Source of the DNA: the human T2T-CHM13v2.0 reference genome, Homo sapiens
Length of the DNA stretch: 64,000 bases
Strand: one strand, 5' to 3'
Assembly: GCF_009914755.1 (NCBI RefSeq)
Contig: NC_060932.1
The stretch's first letter is position 1; every line of letters starts with the position of its first letter. The position numbers were made by a program, and so were the translations under genes. Under the pieces are notes generated by a model. It worked only from the letters and a program-made list of their open reading frames with translations, did no database searches and had not been told where the DNA came from. Shown piece after piece: positions 16,228 to 30,806 of the stretch.

Positions 16228-16425
16228 AGTGATGTGCTAGAGCCAGCTCATACTAGTCTTTGAGAAATGATAGCTAATTTTTTCAGAAATTTTGTCATCC
16301 AGTTGATATCAGACTGGTAGCTCGAAATTGGCTGTGGCAAACCAAAAGAAAAATGGACAAACACTACAAATCAGAGTTTTACCTGCCCAGAGAGCTGGTT
16401 ATTAAATATGTACCAGAATACCAGC
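16228..16425 (+). mobile_element. MER63-like hAT DNA transposon
   Basis: CAGTGATGTGCTAGAGCCAGCTCATAC..AATTTTTTCAGAAATTTTG..TTAAATATGTACCAG. Confidence 0.55.
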
Positions 16426-16636
16426 AATGGACCTTAAAAGATGTGTAGCACTGCACCTACCCTGGTGATGGGGTTGGGAGATGATGGAGAGAGAGAAGAA
16501 TATAATTGAAGATATGCAGTGGGGAGAGAATGCAGGCTTGTGCAAGTAAGAAAGTGTGGCCTATTGACTAGGATGAAAGGCAGCTAAAAAAGAAATATAT
16601 GGCCAGGCCAGTTTACCTGGAGTAAGATACAAGTAG

Positions 16637-17047
<411 letters not shown>

Positions 17048-17058
17048 AAAGGTAGGTA

Positions 17059-17362
17059 TTTTATTTATTTATTTATTTTTGAGACGGAGTCTCATTCTAT
17101 CGCTCAGGCTGGAGTGCAGTGGTGCAATCTCAGCTTACTTGCAAACTCCGCCTCCCGGGTTCACACCATTCTCCTGCCTCAGCCTTCCGAGTAGCTGGGA
17201 CTACAGGCGCCTGCCACCACGCCCAGCTAATTTTTTGTATTTTTAGTAGAGATGGGGTTTCATCATGTTAGCCAGGATGGTCTCCATCTCCTGACATTGT
17301 GATCCGCCCGCCTTGGCCTCCCAAAGTCCTGGGATTACAGGTGTGAGCCACCGCGTCTCACC
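17059..17362 (-). mobile_element. AluY-like
   Basis: GGGTTCACACCATTCTCC, GTTAGCCAGGATGGTCTC; TSD AAAGGTAGGTATTTT. Confidence 0.9.
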
Positions 17363-17393
17363 AAAGGTAGGTATTTTTAAAAATAGATGATGA

Positions 17394-17514
17394 AGCCAGC
17401 CACAGTGGCGTTCATATGTAGTCCTAGCTACTCAGGAGGTTGAGGCAAGAGGATTGCTTAGACTAGGAGTTTAAATCCAGCCTAGGCAACATAGTGAGAC
17501 CCTATCTCTAAAAA
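17394..17514 (+). mobile_element. FLAM/Alu monomer
   Basis: GTAGTCCTAGCTACTCAGGAGG..CAACATAGTGAGACCCTATCTCTAAAA. Confidence 0.8.
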
Positions 17515-18499
17515 ATTTTTTTTAAATTAGACAATGAGACAGGATTGAGGAGATTTAGAAACTGGACCAATTAGTTGCGTACAACTAATTATTGAGCCTT
17601 ATGGCAGTCAAATGAGGTGAATAGTGACACTAAGACGTGGCTGGGAGAATAGAGAATGGCAGTGCCATCTGTAGAAATATGCAAGAATTCAGAGTTGGCT
17701 CGCTGAGTCTGAATACACACATGGGGCAATTCCTGGAAGCAAAGGTGGAATTTGGGAGAGAAGCTGGGGCTCGCAGTGTGGTTTGCAGGTCACTACCCAG
17801 GTCTGGTAAGCACAAGCATCTCTTGCATTTATTTTGATTTATTGGGCTTTAGGGGCCTGGTTGACACTCTTTGCTTCTATCTGCAGCGATCTCAGGGATC
17901 ACAGATCAGCTCCAGCTCACTAAAAGTACTAAGAATTCCGTGGACTGTGCAGAATGTCCATAGAGATTCAGGCCAATCTCTAGAAGCTGGGGCCTTCTCG
18001 GGAGTCTCAAACCTCCCCAGGCTCTTGAACTTTCAGTTATGATTTCAGTTCTCAGTGTGCAGGGACTCTGAAGTTCACTTTGGTTTCTTTCTGGCTCTCA
18101 GAACCGGGAAAACCTGGCCTTTGGTCAAGGGAATGAGGCAAATTTCCTGAATGCATCTCAGTTGAGGCCTGACCATCTGATAAGAGCTGGTGGGATGGTG
18201 TGCAACCTGCCCTTCGTCTCCCTGTAGCTGGCCTGTGGCAGACAGTCAACCCCAGCAGAGCTTAAGGAATAGATGTGAGGGTTAGAATAGTTCATTTTAG
18301 AAATAGCTACTCTGTCCACTCTCATTGCTGACAGATGTACTGACCTGAGGATTCTCCTACCACATCTTGCCTCTCTGTTTTTTTGTTTTGTTCTGTTTTT
18401 GTTTTTTTGTTTTTTTTTAAACCAAACCCTTGCACGCTCTGAGGAACATCTTTTAATTCTAGACTGCATTAAAAAATTTCTGAGTACAGATTGTTCCAA

Positions 18500-20100
18500 T
18501 TAAATTCTTAAATGTCAAAAGTTTCTTAAAATAAAACTCCTTAAAATAAACCAAATCAGCTGTTCTGGATCACAGCCAACATAAATCAAAGTATCTAACC
18601 AGATGGGGATTCTGTAAACTAAAGGTAAGAGCAGTTGTTCACAGCATAGGGCCCAATGAGAAAAGCTAAAGGCATCAGAGGCCATTTTGCCTTTCAAATT
18701 GTTTTTCAAAACACAGGGTAACATCCTAATAAACAAATGAATCATGCTTCCTGCAACACCTTTTCACAAACAGAAACCCCAAAATATGCCTGCAATGTTC
18801 TGACAAAAAAAGAGGCCATTGTCCAATTAGCAAAACACCTGAATTTATTCAGAGTGAGGGAGGAATCCAGCAACTGCTTGGATGTTACCTGGAGAGAAGG
18901 CTGTGGGAAACATCACTCGTTGCAGGCTCCGTTTAGCCTGTGTGAGGCCTTCAGCAAGATGCAACCTGCCCTGACCCATCAAGCATGGTTCTGCTCACCA
19001 TGCCACCGAGATCCAGCAGGCTCCTTGGCAATGAGAAGATGCAACTGTGTTAGTTGTGGTCTCCTGCAGAAGGACTGGCCCCCACCACAAACATAAACCC
19101 TGCATTGAGCCTGAGTTATTGTCCTGGTGCTGAGAGCAAAATTAATTGTTTGAAAAAAAAAGTGCTTTCTAATAAACTAAGAGGAAAGTGATGCCATCCC
19201 ATATCTTGCTACCCAGCTGGGTGGGGACTTTGTAAGCTGTCAGCACCAATATGGGAGACGTGGGATGGAAAATAGCCCAGGCCAAGGTCAGATACAGACA
19301 AGAACAGAGGCAAGTCTCCAAGCCTGGGATGTGGAGCTGTCAGCACTACAGGGCATCGGGCAAGCTCAGGATGGAGTCAACAGCTGGAGATGCCAAGTTG
19401 GAGCAGGGGCATTCCATGGGCATCCAAGAGTTGAGCTGGCAGGATGGGGAATGGGGCCAGCAGAGAATAAGGGCGTGCTCCCCTCTTCCTTTGCCTGATT
19501 CACCACTACTTATCTTTTATACCTTGGCTCAGACATCATTTTATCTCAAAGAAGGCCATCATCCTGCAATTCTCCTCAATAGCACCTACCATTGAAGTGA
19601 GTCAATGGGTGACTGATTTTGGAGTCCTGCCTGCTAGAACATAAACTCCACGAGCTAGACCCCCATCTGTCTTCTTTATGGCCACATCTCTGGTACCCAG
19701 CACCATGTGTGACCCATTGTCAGCCCTCAATACATCTTACTGGGAGGAAGGAAAGATGAATAAAGGGCACAGAAGAAGAAGGAGGTAGGGAGGAAGGATG
19801 GGAAGGACAAATCGGAAGAAGGTGCACACTAAGCTGTGTCTGGTTCCAGATCCTGTTTCTAAGGAGCTGCTGGTGGGCTTGTAAATGCAGGTGGGCGTGG
19901 CCGACCCTGAAGGCATAGCACCCCCAGCCCAGTGATTGACCTGTGTGGTAGACATTGGAGGTCACATGGTTTAAGAACCTGGCACATAAATCCTTCCTGG
20001 AAAAATAATCACATTGTATTTCTTGGTGTTTCATCTCCTGACAGGGGTTTTTCTTTCTCTGGTGTTTGAGATGAAAACAAGCTGTGACCTGAAACTATAG
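18500..20100. promoter_or_regulatory. Candidate enhancer region (mostly unique DNA)
   Basis: FOX ATAAACA next to AP-1-like TGAATCA (~18729-18744), RUNX TGTGGT/ACCACA (~19055,~19084), KLF GGGCGTGG (~19893), GTCACATG E-box, STAT GAS TTCCTGGAA 19994-20002; motif-only inference. Confidence 0.4.
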
Positions 20101-20609
20101 ACACTTCTCAAGGATGATGGTATGTTGATAGAATGTAGTTAAAATGCTCATTAGGGATCATCTACTATTGTAAAGAACAGGGTAGAGGAAGAGTAGGGTA
20201 GGCAGAGTCTCTTAATCCTTGGATTTATTCAACAGGATTTTACCAAAACAGGATGAACCTCTGAAAAAAGACAAGCATTTACAATAACATTGTAAATAAA
20301 ACCTAATGAAAGACATCTGAAGTCTACAGACAAATGAACAGCCTTAAGAAGCCTGAATCTTACAGGCAATGACCTTTGCCAATAGCTTTAATACCAATAG
20401 AGTTGCTGATATTGATTATCCAATCTGTGGCAGGTAGGAGTCCAGGAGTGCAAAGGCACTTGGGACAGTGGGTTTGGGAATATTAGCTGGGTGAGAGGAA
20501 GCAGTGGTCCTGAAACTTAATGTTCCTATGATTTAACTGGGGCTGAGTAGGTCTGAGATGGGGCCTTAGATTTTGCTTTTTTAACAAGCAATGTCTATGC
20601 AGGTGAGTA

Positions 20610-20820
20610 TTAAGAATAAACTTAAACAGTTTTTCCTCTGCTCTCACACTAACACAACAACAGTTATCAACACAGACAGGAGAATTCTGTTATCCCCAAA
20701 TATGAGGGGGTTTCTCCCCATCAGCAAGCAGCCCATCAGTTCTGCAGTGGACACCAGCTGGTTGCCCTCCGATTCAATTCTGACATCGTCTACTGGAAGA
20801 TAGTGTCAGATCCCACAGGT
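20610..20820 (-). mobile_element. MER21-like LTR fragment
   Basis: CAGTTCTGCAGTGGACACCAGCTGG..CAATTCTGACA..GATAGTGTCAGATCCCACAGG. Confidence 0.65.
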
Positions 20821-20832
20821 CTGACTCTACAG

Positions 20833-20988
20833 AGACCACAGGTGCGTGCCACCATGCTCACCTAATTTTTAAAAATGTTTTGTAGAGATGGGGGTCTCAC
20901 TATGTTGCCCAGGCTGGGACTCAAGTGATCCACCTGCCTCAGCCTCCCAAAGTGCTGGGCTTACAAGTGTGAGCCACCTGGCCCAACC
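20833..20988 (-). mobile_element. Alu fragment (left arm plus part of right arm)
   Basis: ACCACAGGTGCGTGCCACCATG..CCCAAAGTGCTGGG. Confidence 0.85.
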
Positions 20989-21825
20989 TCAACACTCATA
21001 TGTTTCTATTTGACTAGATTCTTTGAGTTGCAAGGAATGAAGAGGTCACTCAACCTAGTTCAAGCGATGAGGTTTATGGTGAAGAAATTGCAAAGCAGTG
21101 AGAGTGATGGAAACTTCTGGAAAACAGGATTGTGGACTAGCCAGGCCTGGAAGAGACTGGAACCAGGTATCATCCTGAGTCCAGGGCAGCTCAAGGCACC
21201 TCAGGGGCAGAGGTTTGTGTAATTCTTTATTTCTTGCTGTTCTTCGAAGGGCTTTCTTTTATCTCAGAGCTTCCACTACCCCATGCTTCTCCTAACTTCT
21301 GCCAGCTCGCCGCCTCTCAGAGCCCCTCGTCTGACTCAAAGTCTCTGTTTCTGCTTCCTTTCAGCATTTTCCCCACTGAAGACAGGACCCTTGCTAGTTT
21401 CTAATTCAGGCCTCAAGAGCAAGAAGCTGACCCGCCCCTCCTGGCAGGCAAAGCACATCACCCAGGCGCCCCAGGGCCCTGCCAGCCTGCAACCAAGCTT
21501 CTTAGTCAGGCTAGGTGTGCCCCAGCTTTCTAAACACCTGGGGCCAGGAAGGGGCAGGATGGGCCTCATGGTACAACCTCGCTGCCAGGACAGCAGGTGC
21601 TGCCTCCTGGGAAGGGCCTTTTAAAGATATGGTGGGTGTGGTATTTGCCTCCTCTGTGAAATCCACGGCTGGCTGAGCTCCAAGCTTTGTAGTCCTTGGA
21701 GAGTTAATCTTGGTGGCTCTCTCTTATGCAAAAAAAAACTTCAGAGAAGTATTGGGAGACTTCCTATTTGGAAATTTCTAGTCTGTACTGCTAAAGGGAG
21801 TAGGGGTAGGGGAGTCATTTTTCAG

Positions 21826-22123
21826 TTTTTTTTCTTTTTCTTTTTTTTTTTTTTTTAGGCAGGGTCTTGCCTTGTTGCCCAGGCTGGAGTGCAGTGATGC
21901 AATCACGGCTCACTGCAGCTCGACCTCGCAGGCTCAAGCGATCCTCCTGAATAGCTGGGACCACAGGTGTGCATCACCACACCTGGCTAATTATTTTGTA
22001 GTTTTTGTAGAGATGGGGTCTCACCTTATTGCCCAGGCTGATCTCAAACTCCTGGGCTCAAGTGATGCTCCCTCCTTTGCCTCCCAAAGTGCTGGGATTA
22101 CCCATGAGCCACAGCACCTGGCC
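21826..22123 (-). mobile_element. AluJ-like
   Basis: Antisense Alu, TSD-like CATTTTTCAGTTTT. Confidence 0.9.
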
Positions 22124-22327
22124 CATTTTTCAGTTTTTAAAGGTCTGGTGGTTTTCCGAAACCTTCACTTGGGATTTGGCATGTTAATTACGACTAAACC
22201 CCTGATCCTTCCCCACACCTCCTGGGGGATGATTAGGTCAGGGCCAGGCCATCCCCGCTCCTCCTGGAGGCTGCAGGAGGCACTCCACACATCTCCCCAC
22301 GGGCAGCATCTGCTCACTCCCTCTGCT

Positions 22328-22660
22328 CATGTTTATTGAGCACTCGATGTGCTAGGTACAGTTCTCAGACCTGGGGGTACAATACTGAACCCAAAAGACA
22401 ACCGTCTCTGTCCTCATAGAGCTTATGTTCTAATGAGGAGAGACAATTCATAAATATAACAAATGTGTGAATTATAGCTTCCGTTAGAAGGTGATAAGTG
22501 CTTCAGGAAAAGAAAATATGTCAGAGTAAGTGGGGTAGGAAGTGCGGGTGAGGAGAGGAGGTAGACAGATGAAATGTTTGATAGCACAGGGAGGGTAAGT
22601 CATTGAGAAGCTGTTATTTGAGCCAAGCCTTGATGGAGGTGCGGGAAGCTTTGAGAATTT
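22328..22660 (-). mobile_element. L2 3' fragment
   Basis: ATGTTTATTGAGCACTCGATGTGCTAGG..CCTCATAGAGCTTATGTTCTAATG L2 tail signature. Confidence 0.7.
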
Positions 22661-23014
22661 TGTAATATCCCCCAGCACAAGACACTAGAGGCACCTTGGA
22701 GTCTTGTGAAAGCAACACTGAAAACTCTGGGAATAAACAGCAGAGAAGTAAGGGTGTGACAAGTCAGGAATATTCCATGGCTATGCACCAAGAATGGCCC
22801 TGCACAAATATTTAGGAGGAGTGGCAGTGAGAGGATTTGAGGATCAAAAGTGTTAAAGTAGAAATATGAGAAATTACAACAAAGTCCAGGTTCACTTCAG
22901 TGTATTATTATTTTCATTTTTTTGTAAAATATTTTGAAAAATTTCAAAATAAAGTTGCTAAAAGACTTTGTCGTGATAATGACGTTGCAGTTATGTAGGA
23001 GAATGGCCTTATTC

Positions 23015-23315
23015 TTTTTTGTTTTGTTTTGTTTTTGAGACTGAGTCTTGCTGCGTCACCCAGGCTGGAGTGCGGTGGCACAGTCATGGCTCACTGAAGC
23101 CTTGACCTCCCAGACTCAAGTGAACCTCCCGCCTTAGCTTCCTGAGTAGCTGGGTGTACAGGCAAGTGCCATCATACCCAGCTAATTTTAAGATTTTTTG
23201 TAGAGATGGGGTCTCGCCTTGTTGTCCAGGCTCCTTGAACTCCTGGACACAAGTGAACCTCCCGCCTCAGCCTCCTAAAGTGTTGGGATTATAGGCGTGA
23301 GCCACCATGCCCGGC
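23015..23315 (-). mobile_element. AluJ-like
   Basis: Antisense Alu, TSD CTTATTCT/TTTATTCT. Confidence 0.9.
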
Positions 23316-23351
23316 CACTTTATTCTTCAGGGATGAAATATTTAGGGATAA

Positions 23352-23674
<323 letters not shown>

Positions 23675-24289
23675 TGATGTCTACAACTCTTTCAAATAGT
23701 TCACAAAATGTATTTTATAGAGACAGAGAGATAAGGCACATATGGCAAGATGTTACCAATTGAGGAATTCAGGTGAAGTATATATGATATACCACTCTTT
23801 CAACTTTTCTATGGTTTTGAAAATTTTCAAGATAGAAAGTTGGATTCTACTCAGGTATTTACTCAAGAGAAATGAAAATATATGACTACACATAGACTTG
23901 TATGTGAATGCTTATGTAACATTATTCACAATAGCCACAAATTAGAATCAATCCAAATGTCCATCCACTGTTAATGGGTAAACAAAAAGTGGCATATCCA
24001 TTCAATGGAACATAACTCGGCAAGAAGGAATGATCTACTGATCCTAGCTACAACATGGATCGACCTCAAAAACATGCTACATGCAATAAGCTACAAGCCA
24101 AAGACTACATATATATAATTTCATTTATGAAATGTCTACAAAGGGAAAATCTATACAGACAGCAGATCAATGGTTGCCTGAGGCTGGAGGTAAAAGTGGG
24201 GTTGACTGCAGATAGGCATGAGGAAAGTTTGTGGGGTGATGAAAATGTTCTAAAACTGGATTGTAGTGATGATTGCAAACTCTATAAAT

Positions 24290-24880
<591 letters not shown>

Positions 24881-25033
24881 AGGTATACTAAAAATCATTG
24901 CATTGGATATTTACAATGGTTAACTTTTATGGTATGCAAATTATGCTTCAATAAAGCAGTAAAAAATACTTGAGAAAAAAATATCAAGGTTTATTTCTCT
25001 ACCTGGGAATCTAATGATGAGACTTCATTCGAC

Positions 25034-25092
25034 AAATATTTTTTGGAACCCTTACTATGCCAGGCACATAGTAAGGGTTCCAAAAAATATTT
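25034..25092. repeat. Perfect inverted repeat (26-bp arms, 7-nt loop) in an L2 3' end
   Basis: AAATATTTTTTGGAACCCTTACTATG-CCAGGCA-CATAGTAAGGGTTCCAAAAAATATTT read directly. Confidence 0.95.
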
Positions 25093-25144
25093 TTCACTGT
25101 CTGCTGAACCCTGGGAATACAATGCTGAATAAAACAGGTGCTGA

Positions 25145-26408
<1,264 letters not shown>

Positions 26409-27904
26409 GCAAGTGATACCAGGAAGCAGAGGCATGGAGTGGGGAAGTGAGACGCAGTGGGATGCAAGCCAATAAAGGGAATGCTCAGGGGTGCATCGCT
26501 GCCCTGGGGAGCTTCTGAGAGGAGTGAGAAGGCCGGGCTATCCCCCAGCTCCATTCTTGCTGGTTGAGGGTCACTCCTTTGGGCTCAATGCTCAATATAC
26601 TCTTGGTCTGCAGAGCATGCTCCTAAGGTATTGTGTGTAGGATTTTGGAGTGGACCAAGGGCTCTGGACAGAGTGGAGTGGACAGCAGCTCCTCTGCCCC
26701 TACCCTTTGGCTGCTCATTGATTAGCTGAAAGCCCTACAGGCATAGGTATGGGAAGAAAAAATGAGGTTCAGTAGATAGAGAGTAACATACTTTGACACC
26801 CAAAACAAATTAGACTGGTGGACTCCAGTTAGAATGTCCAACTCCAAGACCTGATCAGTTCATGTATCCACCTCTGGCAAATATGTGACAGGTGACTCCT
26901 TTCTGCACAGCATGGAAATATTAATCCACTTTCTTTGGGATATTATAGTTGGAATATGAGTTTTTTTCAGGTTTATTTTAGAATATATTTGATAACTTCC
27001 TGTTTATTAATATTGAATGGAATGTTCACATGTTCCCATTATATTTGTCTTACATGTAAAAGCTCTATAATCGTGCATTAAATCAACCTGCCTTGTAGTA
27101 TAAGCTAGAAATGCTGCTAGATGCTCTGTGTGGAGACTGGATCTCCAATGACTCTGGCACCTCACAGCACCCAGCACAGTGTAAGAAAACAGCAGGTGCA
27201 CAATAAAGACATGCTGTTAGGTTTATCCCTCTCCTTCCTGGTCTCTCCTTCCAGCCCCTGGGCTCCATCACAATCATTTCCAAGCAGTGCTCCTGCAGCT
27301 TTCATTTCTTGCTCGTCTGTTATTTGTTGCTCCCAGCCAGCAATGTTCTTTTCTTGTCTCTTTTCTTCTAGTCTCTCTGGGTAGATTCCTGCAGTGCTTT
27401 TTGGCACGGCTGGGTGGGGAACTCTCCGAGACTGTCTACATCATTTTTCAAAGCTCCCACCATCAGACTTGGCATTTCATATACAGCTTTGAACACTGTC
27501 AACTGGTGCCTTCACCTTTTCCCTTAATGAGGGCTCAAGGGTACCCTTTAGCACAGAATAAATGTACACATCTGAAATTGAACACTAAAATGTATCTGCT
27601 TGTTTTAAAACTCAGTTTTTCCTTTTCAGGTTGGAGAACGTCTTGGAAATGGCATGCCTTTACTTGTGGGTTTCCATTAGGGCCTCCTGGGTATGATCCT
27701 GGCTGTAGCCTCCTTTTTTCTTAGCTATTTATTTCTCTTATGAGCTGGAACTGAGAGGGAAGAGGATCCGGAGGACTAAGGTAGTTTTGTTCCTAGCCAT
27801 CTTTGGCTTGAATCCTTTTGGCATCCTCTGATAAGCAGAAATAGCATCATCTGTCTCTACTAATGGCATTATCTTAGCTGGAAGAAGTGATTTATTCAAA
27901 TGCT

Positions 27905-28130
27905 CTAATAATTATAGCTCACATCTATCGAGTGCTTACCACACGCCAGGCTCCTGTGCTAAGTGCTTGGCATTCTTTATCTCCATTTTCATCTTCACAA
28001 CAACCTTCTGAAGTTGCTCCTTTATCATCTCCATTTCACAGATGAGGAGACCGAGACTTGGGAAGTCTAAGTGCATGCTGGAACCACACAGGTAGTGGAG
28101 CTAGGATTCAAGCCCAGGTCTGTTTGACTT
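27905..28130 (-). mobile_element. MIR
   Basis: GAGTGCTTACCACACGCCAGG..CCATTTCACAGATGAGGAGACCGAG..GGATTCAAGCCCAGGTCTG. Confidence 0.8.
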
Positions 28131-28530
28131 AGAACATGTGACTTAGAACATGTGAGTTAGAACATGTTCTGAACACAACTTTCAGGGCACATGGCCTTGG
28201 ATCGCAAGACTCCCTCATCTTCTGCTTTTTAAAACAGTTACATGGAGAAGTGACTCCATGTTGAAAAGGCAACCACAGCTTCTGAAAGTGTCCTTAGGGA
28301 ACCTCACTATTAGGAGCCAGGTCTATCCAAGTCAGTACAAATGAAGCGAGGGATGCTGGCCAAGGCACAGGGTGGGCTTTTTCTGTTCAGGAAAACAAGG
28401 TTGTTTTTAAAAGGAGATTTGTTGAAAGGGACATTAGAAGGAGAGTGTGAACACTTTGGAATGTGGAGATGGACGGGGAGTAAGGCCCAAGCATCTCACA
28501 CCATTTGGGGCAGCATCAAAGCTTTTATGA

Positions 28531-28694
28531 GTGTCCTCTCCCATAGCAACTCGGCACCTCTGCTGGTTCCTGCCTCACCTGTCCTTCAGCTTGTACCAAG
28601 TCATCCACTCAGGAGGCGGAATTGTGCTTTGCTGTCATGAAATCTCTATTGGGGAAGATCAATGGAAAAAGGACTACTCAGAAGACAGGGATCA
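28531..28694 (+). repeat. Copy 1 of ~165-bp diverged direct repeat
   Basis: Aligns by eye to 30807-30971 (~85% identity). Confidence 0.9.
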
Positions 28695-28747
28695 GCTCAA
28701 ACCATTCATTCCTGGTTTTCATGGGGGTATGAGGAGAGCAGAGCAAA

Positions 28748-28804
28748 GTGTGTGTGTGTGTGTGTGTCTGTGTCTGTGTCTGTTATTGTGTGTGTCTGTG
28801 TCTG

Positions 28805-28850
<46 letters not shown>
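28748..28850. repeat. (TG)n microsatellite
   Basis: Direct reading. Confidence 0.95.
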
Positions 28851-28853
<3 letters not shown>

Positions 28854-28969
28854 TAGATGGGGTCTCTGGCTCTATTGCCCAGGCTGGTCTTGAACTCCTG
28901 TACTCAAGAGATCCTCCTGCCTCGGCCTCCCAAAATGCTAAGATTATAGGCATGCCATCACGCCTGGCC
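28851..28969 (-). mobile_element. FLAM/Alu left monomer
   Basis: TTGCCCAGGCTGGTCTTGAACTCCTG..CACGCCTGGCC. Confidence 0.85.
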
Positions 28970-30280
28970 CAGAGCAAAGAGTTTTGACCGCTGAGCATCC
29001 AAGGATTAACAGGGGACTGAAAGCAGGGAAGAAACGGGTCTCTGGTGCATGGGGTGCTGGGGAACAAGGAAAGTGGTGGCCTGACCCTGGTCTAGTCAGA
29101 TGGGCAGGTGTTGCCCTGGCCCCAGGGAATTCTGGCCCAGCATGGTCCTGCCTGAAGTGTGTCCTGGCTTCCTGTCTTTCCTGGCTGTCTGGCTTTTATC
29201 ACACAGGAACAGAAGACATAAATAAATTGGGAATATGGATACCATTTAAGTGACTCTGAAGAGTTTTGTGGCAACATGGACCTGTTTCAAGAATTATTTT
29301 TAACTGCAGACATTTGATCCTAGTGGGAAATAAAACTTAAAAGGACAGTTATAATTAGGTCACATTCAGAGAAACTTATTACATTTTGCTGTATGTCCCA
29401 GGAGTCATGTATCTTAAATGATTTTAATATTTAGATTCGATCATGGTGCAGAATTTCATTTTTCTATGTAATAACGGGAAGCAACCAAGAGAAATTGTGG
29501 TAGCAGTATTAGATAAAAGTAAAGGCAGGAATGCCTTTAATTTGGGATAGAAGAAAGAGAACCAGCGTACAGTTTGTCTCCTCACCTCCCCCACTCTCTT
29601 TTCACCTTGGCTGCATCCTAAGATATTGTTTGTGAAGGGAGCCTGGGTCCTTCCACCTATATTCCCCATTAAGTATGCCTTTATTTCTGCTTTGGGTGAA
29701 AGTTTGACCAAAAACAACCCTATCATTTCCCAGGTACAATTTAGTGAAGCAATTTAGTGGAGGAAAGGCTGGTATCTCATTGAGAACAAAATAAACATTA
29801 ACAGTGGTTGTAATATTGTTGCTATGATCTCTGTGCAGGTTTCAGAGCTGATGGCCAACTGGGGACTAGTTACAGAACCCTTGGGAGTGAGGCAGGCAGG
29901 AAAGGGGGAGAAAGGTTGGAGGTGGGTTAAGGAGAAGACAGTAGCCAGAACGGGGGTCATGCTGTTCTGTGGAATGTGTTCCATGAGAGCTTTATTAGAC
30001 TGCAGACTGGCAGTAGTCAAGGCTTTTTGCTCTATATTATTCGGATGCTTAAACAACTGGTGAGGTCTGGCCAATCTCTTTTTCCTCAGACTATACTATC
30101 CACTAAAAAGAAGATTTAAAATAAGGAACACTAAAATTTATCTGTATAAGAGTGAATTAAAATAGCCCAGAGCTGTTCTCTTGCTCTGATAAATACATAA
30201 TATATTGTTACAACTAAGTACCTGTCCACATAAATGATTTTACCAGATGTTCCCTGGCCCTTTTCAATATTGAAGCTCAT

Positions 30281-30523
30281 AGCAGTGGCTCAGACTCGGC
30301 TTGCTGCAACCTCTGCCTCCCAGGTTCAAGCAATTCTCCTGCCTCAGCCTCCCGAGATGCTGGGATTACAGGCCTATCACACCCGGCTAATTTTTGTATT
30401 TTTAGTAGAGATAGGGTTTCACCATGTTAGCCAGGCTGGTCTCGAACTCCTGACCTCAGGTGATCTGCATGCCTCAGCCTCCCAAAGTGCTGGGATTACA
30501 GGCGTGAGCCACTGTGCCCGGCC
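30281..30523 (-). mobile_element. AluS (tail end missing)
   Basis: CTGCAACCTCTGCCTCCCAGGTTCAAGC..TGCCCGGCC. Confidence 0.85.
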
Positions 30524-30806
30524 AATCTGTACTCTTTATCATTCATCTTGGATTAAATTATGATGTGTCTTGGATGAGTGGGTGTGTAGCTATTTACCAG
30601 GTTAAATAAGATCGAAGAATTGTATAAAGAGATCAGAGCTTGCATTTGATGCACAAGGGACGTTTCTCAGGAACAAATGACCACAATGCATCCCCTCCCT
30701 GACTGTGGTGAAAGTGGTGAGGAGTCAGCCTTGGCTATCAGCTGTGTGAGGGTGAGTGGCAGCCATTGAGGATGCCATGGCTGTGGTGACAGGCAGCTCA
30801 CACTGC

